From a virus: a DNA stretch of 64,000 nt. The position numbers and the translations under genes were made by a program. Shown one piece after another: positions 25,396 to 35,512 of the stretch. The notes under the pieces were generated by a model, which saw only the letters and a program-made list of their open reading frames with translations, was not told the origin of the DNA and did not search any database. Position 1 is the stretch's first letter; the number at the start of each line of letters is the position of its first letter. The stretch is from IMG/VR virus record IMGVR_UViG_3300008954_000002, positions 64,001-128,000 of that record; one strand, given 5' to 3'.

Positions 25396-27507
25396 CTATT
25401 TGTAGTTCATAGCCGCAAGCAATTTGTCTGCTGCATCAGCATAAGTCTCATTCTCTCGCACCCAATTGGCACAAGAAAGACCCCTATCTATAAGCTCATT
25501 TTTATTATCAGCAATAGATACTAAAACATCTACTAAGCTCTCTTGACTAGGCGAGGCCCATTGTCCAAAGTCTGATGAACCATAGTTATCTTCAATCAAG
25601 AGCTTATCATAAGGGGGATCATATATAGCGTCAACAAGATCATAATCTATACTATAGTTATAACTAGCATTCATTATAGGCTCCAGCCCAGCGAACCCAG
25701 CAGCTATCACAGGAATGCCTGTGCTCATTGCCTCTCTTGGGGGAAGTCCAAACCCCTCTCCTTTGGAGGGAAATAGTAAGCAATCAACACTATGCAAAAG
25801 CTCTACAAGCTGCTGCTGTAGAAACCGCCCACTTATAATCTTTACATTAGAAGCTTCAAGCACATACTTGGGAACATCACCGTGAGTAACCTTTAGCCAT
25901 AGCTCAACATCTTTGCGATCACCAAACGCCTCTTTGAAAGCATTGAACGCCATAGCATAATTCTTTCTACTAAAAGCCCATTCTACATTTGCAAAAAGAA
26001 GCAACCTTAACGGCCTGTTTGATTGCTCTCTCTTCTTATAGGGCCATAAAAGAGGATCTACTCCAAGTGGAACAACAACTATAGGAATGGATACTCCAGT
26101 ATCTTTAAATGCTAATGCAATTGTATTGCATGATACAAATAACTTATCAAACTCATTAACATGCTCAACCCAACTTAGAGGCACCCGAGTACTTTCAAAA
26201 GTTGTGTATATGTATCTACTGTCTGCTTTACTTGCTAAGGGGTAGAGTGAAGAGCCCAAACCTAGCGGAGCATAATAGCCAAGGTATATGTTGCCACTTC
26301 CCTTCCTTGTGACAAGAGCTTTTGTTTTTGAATGAGCAAATTGTTCCCAGTCGTGTGTAGTATTGCAAGAAGCATACCTTAATCCGTCTATATTGTCAGA
26401 CAAAGCTAATGCCATTTGCTCTGCAGAAGAACCGTACCCATCACAGGGATTTAAAACTGACTCAAATACAAAGGGTATGCGTACGCTATGTATTAATCGC
26501 CCTACAGCAGAAACAACCTCAGAAACATCTATCTCTTTCATACACTTGGTGTCATATGGACAAGGCTCATACCAGCAACCAAGACACTTTAAGTTAGATG
26601 CAGCAATTGCATGGTGTGTCGGATAATAGCTTAACCGCGCACCAGGAGGAATAGCTCCAAAAAGCACTACAGATTCTTTTTTCAGTGCACCTGCAAGATG
26701 CATTAGAGCCGAGTCAGGCCCTACAAAAACATCACTCTCGTTTATAAGCGCCGCCGCTTCCCTAATTCCTGCCCGCCCTATATTAACTATAGAGCTTGCC
26801 GGTATAGCTGCCCACTCCTTTTCTCCAAAGACACTATTGAAATCAGATACAACAACAAGTACATCTGGATATTGCTGATATAGCTGCTGAAGAAACTCTC
26901 TTTGACTGTCTACATGCCAGCTACGCTTTGAATCATTAGAAGCTGTATGTAAAAAAACAATAGGAGAAGATCGCTTAGGCCTGTGCCGCCTTATCAAGGC
27001 CCTTGCCCAAGCCTGTTCTTCGGGCTCAACCTTATAGAAGGGAAGTGGATTGCTTAGCTTTTGAAATCCAAGATAATTAGCAAAAATATCAATACGCTCT
27101 CTACTGGGCAGCTCTTTCCGCTCATAAGGGATACAAACAGAAGACAAGTCATAATAGAGATCATAATTAGATTCGACCACTTTGGTAGCGCAAATAATAC
27201 TATCTATAAATGGTACATTTTTAACTAAATTCCAATATATATCATTATCTGTGGAATATCTATCTACAGAAAAGGTTAGGTGCACATTAGGATGCCTATG
27301 TTTTATCTCCCTCAAAGTAGGCAACAGCATAATATTATCACCGAGACCGCCTCCGCGATGAATACAGATATGCTGAGCTTCATTAACTTTAAGCGAGGGT
27401 ATTAGACTGCCACCAATCCCTCGTCTAGAGCGCACCCTTACATCTCTCTTTTTATTAACTACTCGACTCTTAGTTAAGGATAGTTTATTGGCTTTGCGAT
27501 GTCTCAT
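25396..27507 (-). CDS. Bifunctional glycosyltransferase (GT9 heptosyltransferase-like + GT4)
   Basis: GGLGDNIM, GPDSALMHLAGAL, VVLFG (GT9); FPSKGEGFGLPPREAM (GT4). Confidence 0.9.
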   Translation of the reverse strand: MRHRKANKLSLTKSRVVNKKRDVRVRSRRGIGGSLIPSLKVNEAQHICIHRGGGLGDNIMLLPTLREIKHRHPNVHLTFSVDRYSTDNDIYWNLVKNVPFIDSIICATKVVESNYDLYYDLSSVCIPYERKELPSRERIDIFANYLGFQKLSNPLPFYKVEPEEQAWARALIRRHRPKRSSPIVFLHTASNDSKRSWHVDSQREFLQQLYQQYPDVLVVVSDFNSVFGEKEWAAIPASSIVNIGRAGIREAAALINESDVFVGPDSALMHLAGALKKESVVLFGAIPPGARLSYYPTHHAIAASNLKCLGCWYEPCPYDTKCMKEIDVSEVVSAVGRLIHSVRIPFVFESVLNPCDGYGSSAEQMALALSDNIDGLRYASCNTTHDWEQFAHSKTKALVTRKGSGNIYLGYYAPLGLGSSLYPLASKADSRYIYTTFESTRVPLSWVEHVNEFDKLFVSCNTIALAFKDTGVSIPIVVVPLGVDPLLWPYKKREQSNRPLRLLLFANVEWAFSRKNYAMAFNAFKEAFGDRKDVELWLKVTHGDVPKYVLEASNVKIISGRFLQQQLVELLHSVDCLLFPSKGEGFGLPPREAMSTGIPVIAAGFAGLEPIMNASYNYSIDYDLVDAIYDPPYDKLLIEDNYGSSDFGQWASPSQESLVDVLVSIADNKNELIDRGLSCANWVRENETYADAADKLLAAMNYK

Positions 27508-30489
27508 TTAGAGAATCACATAGTTCCAATTACTTCCGCTTGCAAGTGCTACTATTTTATAGATCCTAGTGCCTGTTGGTAATGTGACATCACTAGTACC
27601 TCCATCAATCAGATCAGATGCATCTTCTGTGGTGAATGTAATACTATATGAACCCATTACCTTTACATCAAATCTAAACGCTTGAAAAGGTGCATTTGTA
27701 AGTACAAACTTATTAATAGTACCTGTATCATAGTCTCGATCTAGGAGCAGGGTGAACAAGTGCTTGGATGTAGGCAGTATTATATCACCTGAGGCAGCTG
27801 TTAATGTTATCGCTTCAGCACCACCAAAGTAAGCCATGGTTCCGCCACTACTCATGCCCATCATCTTGCCGTTGATGCCCGCAGTATCTGGTAGAACCAA
27901 TGTGACAGCCCCACCCGAAACCACTGCAGGTGCCTTTAAGCCAACACTGCCGGATGTAGCGCCAGGCATTCTAAGCAAATCAGCATCAATAGTAGGAGCT
28001 GCAAGCGTTCCAGTAAATGTGGGGCTAGCTATAGGAGCTTTTAGATCGAGCTGTGCTTGCACTCCAGATGTAACACCTACCAGATGCCCTAGCTCTGCCG
28101 CAGTAACCGAGCTTGCTATAACTTTTCCAGTTGAGCTCACAGCTACTGCCTTGGAAGCTGTGAGATCTGCAAAAACAAGATCGCTAATAGCGCCTGTAAT
28201 AAGGGCTTGCTTTGTATTTATCTGAGTCTGCACATTGCTTGTTACGCTTCCAAGATAGTTTAGCTGAGCTGTCGAAGCCACTATTCCATCTAGGGTATTT
28301 AGCTCCCCAGCAGACGCAGTAAGATCAGTAATATTAGATACTAAGTGTCCATGAGTACTGGTAGCTAGGCCTGCTTCAGCAGCAGTCTGGTTCTTGTAGG
28401 CACCAGTAGTTGTGTCGTAAGCAAGCACTTCATTGTCAATAGCAGTATCTGTAGTCACATCTGTAAGATCATTCAGTACGCCGGCACCACCTCCACCAGT
28501 ACTTGTCTTATACAAGTCCCCGCTGGCATCAACAACTACATAGTCACCACTACCTGTCTGCAAATCATTGATTCGTACAGGCGGTATATCTGTGAGACCT
28601 TCCACATGAAGAGTTCTAACAGGGCCACCCGTAATACCAGCACCATGATGTATCCCTACTCGTCCAACTGTTATTGTCCCAGAGAGCGGAGTCTCAGTAG
28701 CCTTGTGTATAGAGAGGTGACTTTTGGTATTGTCAATAACTCCAAAGTGTAGCTGATTGGTAAGTGCTCCCCCACTATAATCAGTGCCATCATTAAGAGT
28801 AATGCGTCCCGCACCACTGGAGTTGACGCCAAGCACTAGGCCCTTTCCACTATCTGCCTGAGTGTTTGCAGCAGTAGTGTGCGCATTTACATGTGTAATA
28901 CCAATTGTTGTGCGCTGAGCTTCTACTACGCTGTTGCTGTAATGGGTATAGTTGCTTGTGTGTACATGCAGTCTATGCTTAGGTACATTCTTGGCATCCC
29001 CAGGATCCACCATAATTCCAACATTGTGGCTTACTCTAAGGGCTTCAAATGTTTCCCAGTTGGTGCTAGACCTTATACTGTCAAATTGTCCACCAACTAT
29101 AAAGCTAAAGTCACCACCACTCTTAGCAGTATCATTCCAAGCAGTAGGGGCTTCGCCCCTGTATATAGCTCTAACAGTAGGGTTCTTGGTTAGAGCCCAC
29201 TGCTGGTTAGCGGTCTGGTAGTTGTGTGAATCTTGCCCAGCAAAAACTATCTCACTAAGAATAAAGGCTCCCGTAGAAGAGCCTGGCTCCTGCCAGAAGC
29301 CCATATTTGTAATGGGGCTACCTGTATAATTGTAAGACTCAATATCACTCCATAAGAGTAACCCTGAGTACACTTCGTTCTGCCCAGTAGCACCAGTTGT
29401 GTTTACATAGTCGTTATAACTACTTCTTACTAGCATGCTAAAGTTGCGACTAATACTACCCATCTGGCCAGATACATGCTCGTTTTGTATCTCTACTCCA
29501 ACTCCAACAGGCCCCTTGGCATGAAAGACTCCAAGCCCAGCTTCAGGGCTAGTATCGTGGCTAGCATAAGTTTCTACACCACTGCTGTTTGTAGGAATTC
29601 CATACCAGTCAGAGTCGGCCTGTGCCGCTGGCTGGTTCTGATCCAGCTTGTAGATAGCGTCTTCTAGGCTGTCGCCAACAGCAACGATATTTAATCCGCT
29701 ACCATATGTGGGGGCACAATCGCCTAACCCTGTACTGCCTATAAAAGTGTATATGCAATTAAGATCATCTACTATAGTAGTACCTATAGCACCAGTGGTG
29801 GATTGGATTCCTAGAATAGGAAACAGCATGTCTAACGTTACGTTAGACAAAAGCACTTGGATGGATAGATTTGGAAAAGCATCGTAGCAAGAATGGTCTA
29901 AGCCAAAGTCAGGCCAACCAGTTACTACCTGACTAAGTGCTTGCAATGACTGGTAAATTCCATGAGGAACAGTAGGCGAAGTGCTGCAATTGAATGAATA
30001 GTCGCAAGATATTAAATTGGCAATGTGTTCAAGCTCTGCCTTGACACATCCATCGTCATATGTAGAAGCACTTGTTCCAGGCTGAAGTTGTGCAATCTTG
30101 TTTTCAAGTGAAGCAATAGTTGCAAGTATGCAAACAAAGGTTTCAAGGATTGTAGCAGGCTCGCTTCTATTAGATGCCCAAAAGCATTCAGGACCATACT
30201 GAGTAGCAGCAGTATCAGTAATTAAAGTACCAGCAAAAATACCATTAACAATAGCATCTATACGGCCATCACCAGGTGGATCGCCACTAGTAGGACTAGC
30301 GATAACTGCCCCAGCCTGCAACGCACTAGAGCTACTAAGCATTGGGTATACAACGCTATTCCATTGCTTGACTAAGCTTGATAAGTCTTGAACAACCTGC
30401 TTCTTAAACTGTACATCATCAGAACTAGTGCTAGCGGTTTGTACAACTTGTTGAATTAGATACTTAAGATAATCTTGATTAGCTGCCAT
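27508..30489 (-). CDS. Tail fibre / virion protein
   Basis: LNDLTDV, ELNTLDG..VTSNVQTQ / VTSGVQAQLD repeats, SPTFTG. Confidence 0.75.
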   Translation of the reverse strand: MAANQDYLKYLIQQVVQTASTSSDDVQFKKQVVQDLSSLVKQWNSVVYPMLSSSSALQAGAVIASPTSGDPPGDGRIDAIVNGIFAGTLITDTAATQYGPECFWASNRSEPATILETFVCILATIASLENKIAQLQPGTSASTYDDGCVKAELEHIANLISCDYSFNCSTSPTVPHGIYQSLQALSQVVTGWPDFGLDHSCYDAFPNLSIQVLLSNVTLDMLFPILGIQSTTGAIGTTIVDDLNCIYTFIGSTGLGDCAPTYGSGLNIVAVGDSLEDAIYKLDQNQPAAQADSDWYGIPTNSSGVETYASHDTSPEAGLGVFHAKGPVGVGVEIQNEHVSGQMGSISRNFSMLVRSSYNDYVNTTGATGQNEVYSGLLLWSDIESYNYTGSPITNMGFWQEPGSSTGAFILSEIVFAGQDSHNYQTANQQWALTKNPTVRAIYRGEAPTAWNDTAKSGGDFSFIVGGQFDSIRSSTNWETFEALRVSHNVGIMVDPGDAKNVPKHRLHVHTSNYTHYSNSVVEAQRTTIGITHVNAHTTAANTQADSGKGLVLGVNSSGAGRITLNDGTDYSGGALTNQLHFGVIDNTKSHLSIHKATETPLSGTITVGRVGIHHGAGITGGPVRTLHVEGLTDIPPVRINDLQTGSGDYVVVDASGDLYKTSTGGGGAGVLNDLTDVTTDTAIDNEVLAYDTTTGAYKNQTAAEAGLATSTHGHLVSNITDLTASAGELNTLDGIVASTAQLNYLGSVTSNVQTQINTKQALITGAISDLVFADLTASKAVAVSSTGKVIASSVTAAELGHLVGVTSGVQAQLDLKAPIASPTFTGTLAAPTIDADLLRMPGATSGSVGLKAPAVVSGGAVTLVLPDTAGINGKMMGMSSGGTMAYFGGAEAITLTAASGDIILPTSKHLFTLLLDRDYDTGTINKFVLTNAPFQAFRFDVKVMGSYSITFTTEDASDLIDGGTSDVTLPTGTRIYKIVALASGSNWNYVIL

Positions 30490-32519
30490 TAGATAACCCT
30501 TACTTTAAAGCTGTTAAGATGTGGCGTCTGAGAAGAATCATCAGTAGTTAGAGTTGCCTTAACGTAAAGAGAGTTAGAGCTACTACTGCATAGCAGGTAG
30601 CTAACTTCTACCTCTTCTGCTTTCCAAGAAGCATCAGAGGAATCAATTTTTACTTTAAAGTATAACTCATTGTCATAGTTTTCTATAGTGTAAATATATA
30701 GATTTCCTATATTCTCACTACTTCGAAACTCTTCTGGCGTTACATATTGTAAGCTTGCTCCATAGTATTCGTCAAACCCAGTATAGACTTGTTCCCCACT
30801 AAAGCCAGAAGGATAGGCATAACCCTCAACAATTAGCTTATGATTAAAGGGGTAAGCTGGATCCTTTTCCTCCATCTGGGTAGCTGTCATAATATCAGTT
30901 TCTACATCATGCCAGTTAGTATAGCTAGTCACAAATGCATGAGTTCCTTGAGAAACGTGTATCGTTCCCGACACAAGCCTGCCATCAAGATAGGCTCCAG
31001 TATTGCCAAGATTAATATAGCGCCCTTCAATAGACTCTACAGTAAAGGTACATCTGTATTGTGAATTGTTTGCATCTATAAACCATCCAGGTGAGGTGCC
31101 ATAGAGACTGCTTGCTGTACTAGTGGGTAAATTGCGTTTTACTATGCAGGTTCTCTGAACAAATCTATCTACATAGTCTGCTTTAACATATAGGTTGCAA
31201 AAAACTTCTTTACCATATTCTATCTCTACTGAAGGAGGAGAAGTGTCAGTAAGAGCAGTACTACTACCGCTAACTATATAGTCGTAACTGCCGTCAGGAG
31301 TAGTCTTTTCAAATCTAACAACGTCAAGAGAGTCTCCCCTCCAGTTTATTGGAAACCAAGTACTATTGTCTTTGCTCAAGGAGAAAGAAACACTAGTGCC
31401 TTCTGGCAGCGTGCAGCAGACATCTCCTGCTATCGTGGCGCTTGTAAAGTAAACAGGATTGCCCATCTCGTCCAGGACATTATAAGGCCCTGCATAGAGA
31501 ACTGATTTGCCTAACTTGGGCTCATCATACTTGTCGACAAAGACCTCAACCGAGTCAAGCGAGAATATATACAAAGAATCTGCGTTAGGATCTGATGGTA
31601 TATCGTCAGCAGAAGTTTTAGTCAGTAGAATACGTAATGCTTTAACATTGTCTACACCAACACTAAACTGATTTTCACCAACTTCAAACTCTCTTTCTAC
31701 TGGCTTCATAACTGTAAAGGTCTGACCATCTATGCTATAGAAAAGAGTAGCAGTCATTAAGGAATTAGAATTAGTTGGGTTGCCAGTTAGTCGCACATCA
31801 CCCACATAGATTCCATTCTCTTCCTCTGACTCCATATCTATAGCGCATATTACCTTGCCTGTGGAATTCGAAGTGTATACATGATATTCCCAAATAGAAC
31901 CATCTGACTCCTTAAGAGAATCTAAACTAGATACAGATCTAGTGAACTGAACAGGATTGGTCCCAAAGGAAGATACAGCAAAGTTCATCTCAGTAAGAGA
32001 AGCCTTGGTGTATCCCACCCTGCCAATAGTTACGTAACCTGCCTCTACTGAAGCAGTTGTCTCTTCAAGGTTTATATTCTCTTGGCTCTCAAAGGTTTCT
32101 TCTATTCCATAGATAAAGGCGTCTGTTCTGCCACTCAGCAAGAGCAAGTTATTCAGCTTCATATTCACTTGGCTAAGCATTCTGTTGCTGCGGGTAGCTG
32201 TCGCTTTAAACCCTCTAAAACTATCCTCAAGCAACTCTACTAGCTCTTCTACCCTCTCTCCTAAAACAACCATGTCGTCATAAAAAGCATCTCTGTTCTT
32301 GTTCTCCACTGCACTAGATGAATGCTCTTTTACTTTTAGCTTTTTGGTATCAGTACCAGAGAATCCAATATCACCAATATTTGGATAAGCAGCCGTATAG
32401 GTATTCATAAGCTCAAATACTTGCTCTTTAGACGGTGCTCTACTATTACTTCTTATGTAATCAAGAATAGCTCTCTTTTTAAGAGCCTTGCTATATTTGT
32501 CTGCAGGAATACTACTCAT
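30489..32519 (-). CDS. Virion structural protein (baseplate region)
   Basis: Coupled ORF in the structural operon; helical N-terminus plus beta domains. Confidence 0.65.
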   Translation of the reverse strand: MSSIPADKYSKALKKRAILDYIRSNSRAPSKEQVFELMNTYTAAYPNIGDIGFSGTDTKKLKVKEHSSSAVENKNRDAFYDDMVVLGERVEELVELLEDSFRGFKATATRSNRMLSQVNMKLNNLLLLSGRTDAFIYGIEETFESQENINLEETTASVEAGYVTIGRVGYTKASLTEMNFAVSSFGTNPVQFTRSVSSLDSLKESDGSIWEYHVYTSNSTGKVICAIDMESEEENGIYVGDVRLTGNPTNSNSLMTATLFYSIDGQTFTVMKPVEREFEVGENQFSVGVDNVKALRILLTKTSADDIPSDPNADSLYIFSLDSVEVFVDKYDEPKLGKSVLYAGPYNVLDEMGNPVYFTSATIAGDVCCTLPEGTSVSFSLSKDNSTWFPINWRGDSLDVVRFEKTTPDGSYDYIVSGSSTALTDTSPPSVEIEYGKEVFCNLYVKADYVDRFVQRTCIVKRNLPTSTASSLYGTSPGWFIDANNSQYRCTFTVESIEGRYINLGNTGAYLDGRLVSGTIHVSQGTHAFVTSYTNWHDVETDIMTATQMEEKDPAYPFNHKLIVEGYAYPSGFSGEQVYTGFDEYYGASLQYVTPEEFRSSENIGNLYIYTIENYDNELYFKVKIDSSDASWKAEEVEVSYLLCSSSSNSLYVKATLTTDDSSQTPHLNSFKVRVI

Positions 32520-35512
32520 TATTCAAACCTAAGCGCTATAGTACTAACAAGAGGGGAGAAGTACTCTCGCATCTCCTCTAAGGAGGTAGCAATGGGAGAC
32601 TCTGCCCATATTATCTTTACAGTTGAGTTAAGATCACTGAGTCCTTCAGTTGTTACTGTTACTACATTAGAGGATGGATCATAAGTATAGGCATTTACTT
32701 CAGCGCCTATCTGATATTCAACCATATAGTTAGATGCCTTATATGATATCTTGCCTGAATCAACCATATCTTCTGAAGAGTAGAAGATGCCACGCTTATA
32801 GTCTACAGAAAACAGATTGGCAGAATCAAAGTCAGGATCTCTATAGTAGTAATATAAATTGATACCACCAGGCAATGTTTTCCCTGTTTCCACCCAGACA
32901 GTAATGCTGCCCGTACCATTATCTATATGCCAATCACCAGTTCCTAGTACGTCGCTTGCAGAGTTCTTCTTATTGTTAAAAATTGTTGTGTTACTAAAGG
33001 TTATATCTAGATTACTATGATAAGCAGCACCAGCTGCAACAGTAAAGACAACCTTGTTAGACGCTCCTGCAGCAGTCTCCGCAGTGACTTCGTTTTCCAT
33101 TTGTAGCAAGCCTAAGAACTCTGCATAGCCATTAATATAGCTTACTTCAGAAGGAGCCTTGGTATTAGCACTATAGCCAAACAGTCCTGGGCTAACGACC
33201 ACACTGCCCCGCACAATATAATCTCTTGATAGGGCAAGAGCCCTATTGCTACCTGCGAAGCTGCTAGGACGAACCACACCTAGTCCAGTTCTAACATCTA
33301 TTAGATCTAAAAACTGTCCTCCTGCGATATCTTCTACAATGTCTGTAAGTGTTTCTGCAACTAAAGCATCTTTCGCTATACGTACCCCTAAAGGTCTTAC
33401 GCCGTCCATAATAAGATCAAACGAATTGTTACCAACCTTATTAGTGCCTTGATATTGAAACTTGACAGTAACAACTTGACCAGCAGTTAGTCCCTCATAT
33501 AGATGCAAAATACCGTTAACAGTATCTAAGAAGTAAGTGTTGCTACTAGTAAGTGATGCTCTATCATTAACCTTGGTTAGAGTAAGCCCTAGAAAAACAA
33601 TACTTCCATCTATTATGTTTCTATGTCCAAGATCAATCCTGCTAACTCCTCTTGGCAACACCATCGTCTTGTTGGATATTGAGCTGTTAAGACCTTCAAT
33701 TCTTATCCGCTCTTTTGTAGCATCAAAGAGATGCTCCATTTCATGGTAATAGCCATCTGACTTTTCTGTCAAAAGCATCCTCTCGGGATCCATGCTTGCC
33801 TTAATTGTTGAATTCGGATCTAGGCCACCAATAAAAGTGACTTCTGTATACTTCTCACGAAACATATACTTGCCGTTGCCGAGGCTATTTTCATCTGACA
33901 CTCTCTCCCATTCAAGGCCATTCACCCAGATATGGATCTCATCTGGATCTATGTCTTCCTCAATAATATCAATAGGAAATGGCAGAGTTGCAGAAGGTGA
34001 AGAACCATTGCGGCCCAATACTATTGCATCTCGCATTTTGCTGGCACGGGTTAGCAGGTTGGGCTGCAGTACGAAGACCTCATTATTATAGGGCTGATCT
34101 ACAAGGGGTATCCTTGCAGGAGAGAATAGTTTGGAAACACCCCTTACTATTGAATCTGTATCATACGCAATATCATCTTCAGTATATGAGTTAACTAATC
34201 GAAAAGCATCATCATTCCGGCTAAGCTGTAGCCGCCACATATAGCTCTCTTCATTGCCATTAAGTACTACGCTTGTACCCTCTGAGCTTGGGATGCCAAG
34301 TACATCTGTTTTCCATGACTCGCCTCCGTCAAAGGAGACATCAAGAGCTGCTTTGAATAAGCTTGCAGAACCAGGAAAGACATCTGCATGTGAACTACAG
34401 GCAAACAAGTTCCTTGGCAACTTGTCTTCAACACTACCAATTCCACCAGATGGCTGATACTTTGCTTGGTTAAAATAAAGATTCTTTATACCAATAGAGT
34501 ACCGGCTGCGCTCTACACTCCGCATATCTCTTGTTAGAGAGCGAATAATATACGAATGCTCTTGCTTGAGCTTCACAACAACTTCCTGACATTTAACCGG
34601 AAGAAAAGTTACTGCCCATTGTATATCATTCCCAACAGTCTTGACTGTCCAGAACTCTTCAGGCACTGTGCCTCTTACTAAGTCACGTAGAGAAAGCTCT
34701 TGTTCTCCACCTGCATTAAACAGAACATCGACTATTTCAAAGCTTACACCTGTGCCTAAAGCCGCAGGAGCAATAATAAATTCATTTATTATTGTGGGCA
34801 TACTAAACTCACAAAACACACTTAGCGTTAGAGGGCCAGTATCTAGCTTTTCATATTCAAACCAAGTGTCTGGATTTCCGTCCAACATAAAGCTAGGCCT
34901 TATGTTGTTAGTAGTTATATCCTCGTCAGAATTGCCAGGCTGCCCATTGCTGCTAGCGGCAATCTTGATCTTATGGGGAATCTTCTTAGACGAAGAGATT
35001 TTTGGAAGCGTTAGCACTCCCTGCATAGTATCTACCCAACATCTGCTACCTGTACCATGAGCAGTGTTAAGCTTATCTAGATTTAAGAAACCCTCTGCTA
35101 CTACATGCTTGAATAGGTTGTCGTCCCATAGAGCAAGAACAGCCTTCTTCTGCTTAGCTCTCCTAAGCCTACCAGTTAACTCTAACAAGGCAAGCTGTTG
35201 ATTGTTGTATAGCTCCAAATACATCTGGGTTAATGCTTTCAGCTTAGTAATATTGGCTACTAGAAACTGGCTAGCCCTATCCTGATCGTCAACAAAATCA
35301 CCTACAACAGGGTGAGCAAACTGAGTAACTGACTCAAGCTCATATGAAAGATCTAACAGTTTTCTAAAAGTAGAAAATGTGTCGGCCTCGATCTCGATTC
35401 GTTCACTTAGTGTATTCGCTAGATTCCACTGAGCTGCAAACGCTTGCAACAAGATCCTATACCCAGCAAGTTCCGGCAAATATTTACGGGAAAGAAGAGA
35501 ATTTATAGACAT
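32519..35512 (-). CDS. Large virion structural protein
   Basis: TAATG-coupled start at 35512; DGNPDTW (discoidin-like), repeated SVDY..G modules. Confidence 0.7.
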   Translation of the reverse strand: MSINSLLSRKYLPELAGYRILLQAFAAQWNLANTLSERIEIEADTFSTFRKLLDLSYELESVTQFAHPVVGDFVDDQDRASQFLVANITKLKALTQMYLELYNNQQLALLELTGRLRRAKQKKAVLALWDDNLFKHVVAEGFLNLDKLNTAHGTGSRCWVDTMQGVLTLPKISSSKKIPHKIKIAASSNGQPGNSDEDITTNNIRPSFMLDGNPDTWFEYEKLDTGPLTLSVFCEFSMPTIINEFIIAPAALGTGVSFEIVDVLFNAGGEQELSLRDLVRGTVPEEFWTVKTVGNDIQWAVTFLPVKCQEVVVKLKQEHSYIIRSLTRDMRSVERSRYSIGIKNLYFNQAKYQPSGGIGSVEDKLPRNLFACSSHADVFPGSASLFKAALDVSFDGGESWKTDVLGIPSSEGTSVVLNGNEESYMWRLQLSRNDDAFRLVNSYTEDDIAYDTDSIVRGVSKLFSPARIPLVDQPYNNEVFVLQPNLLTRASKMRDAIVLGRNGSSPSATLPFPIDIIEEDIDPDEIHIWVNGLEWERVSDENSLGNGKYMFREKYTEVTFIGGLDPNSTIKASMDPERMLLTEKSDGYYHEMEHLFDATKERIRIEGLNSSISNKTMVLPRGVSRIDLGHRNIIDGSIVFLGLTLTKVNDRASLTSSNTYFLDTVNGILHLYEGLTAGQVVTVKFQYQGTNKVGNNSFDLIMDGVRPLGVRIAKDALVAETLTDIVEDIAGGQFLDLIDVRTGLGVVRPSSFAGSNRALALSRDYIVRGSVVVSPGLFGYSANTKAPSEVSYINGYAEFLGLLQMENEVTAETAAGASNKVVFTVAAGAAYHSNLDITFSNTTIFNNKKNSASDVLGTGDWHIDNGTGSITVWVETGKTLPGGINLYYYYRDPDFDSANLFSVDYKRGIFYSSEDMVDSGKISYKASNYMVEYQIGAEVNAYTYDPSSNVVTVTTEGLSDLNSTVKIIWAESPIATSLEEMREYFSPLVSTIALRFE

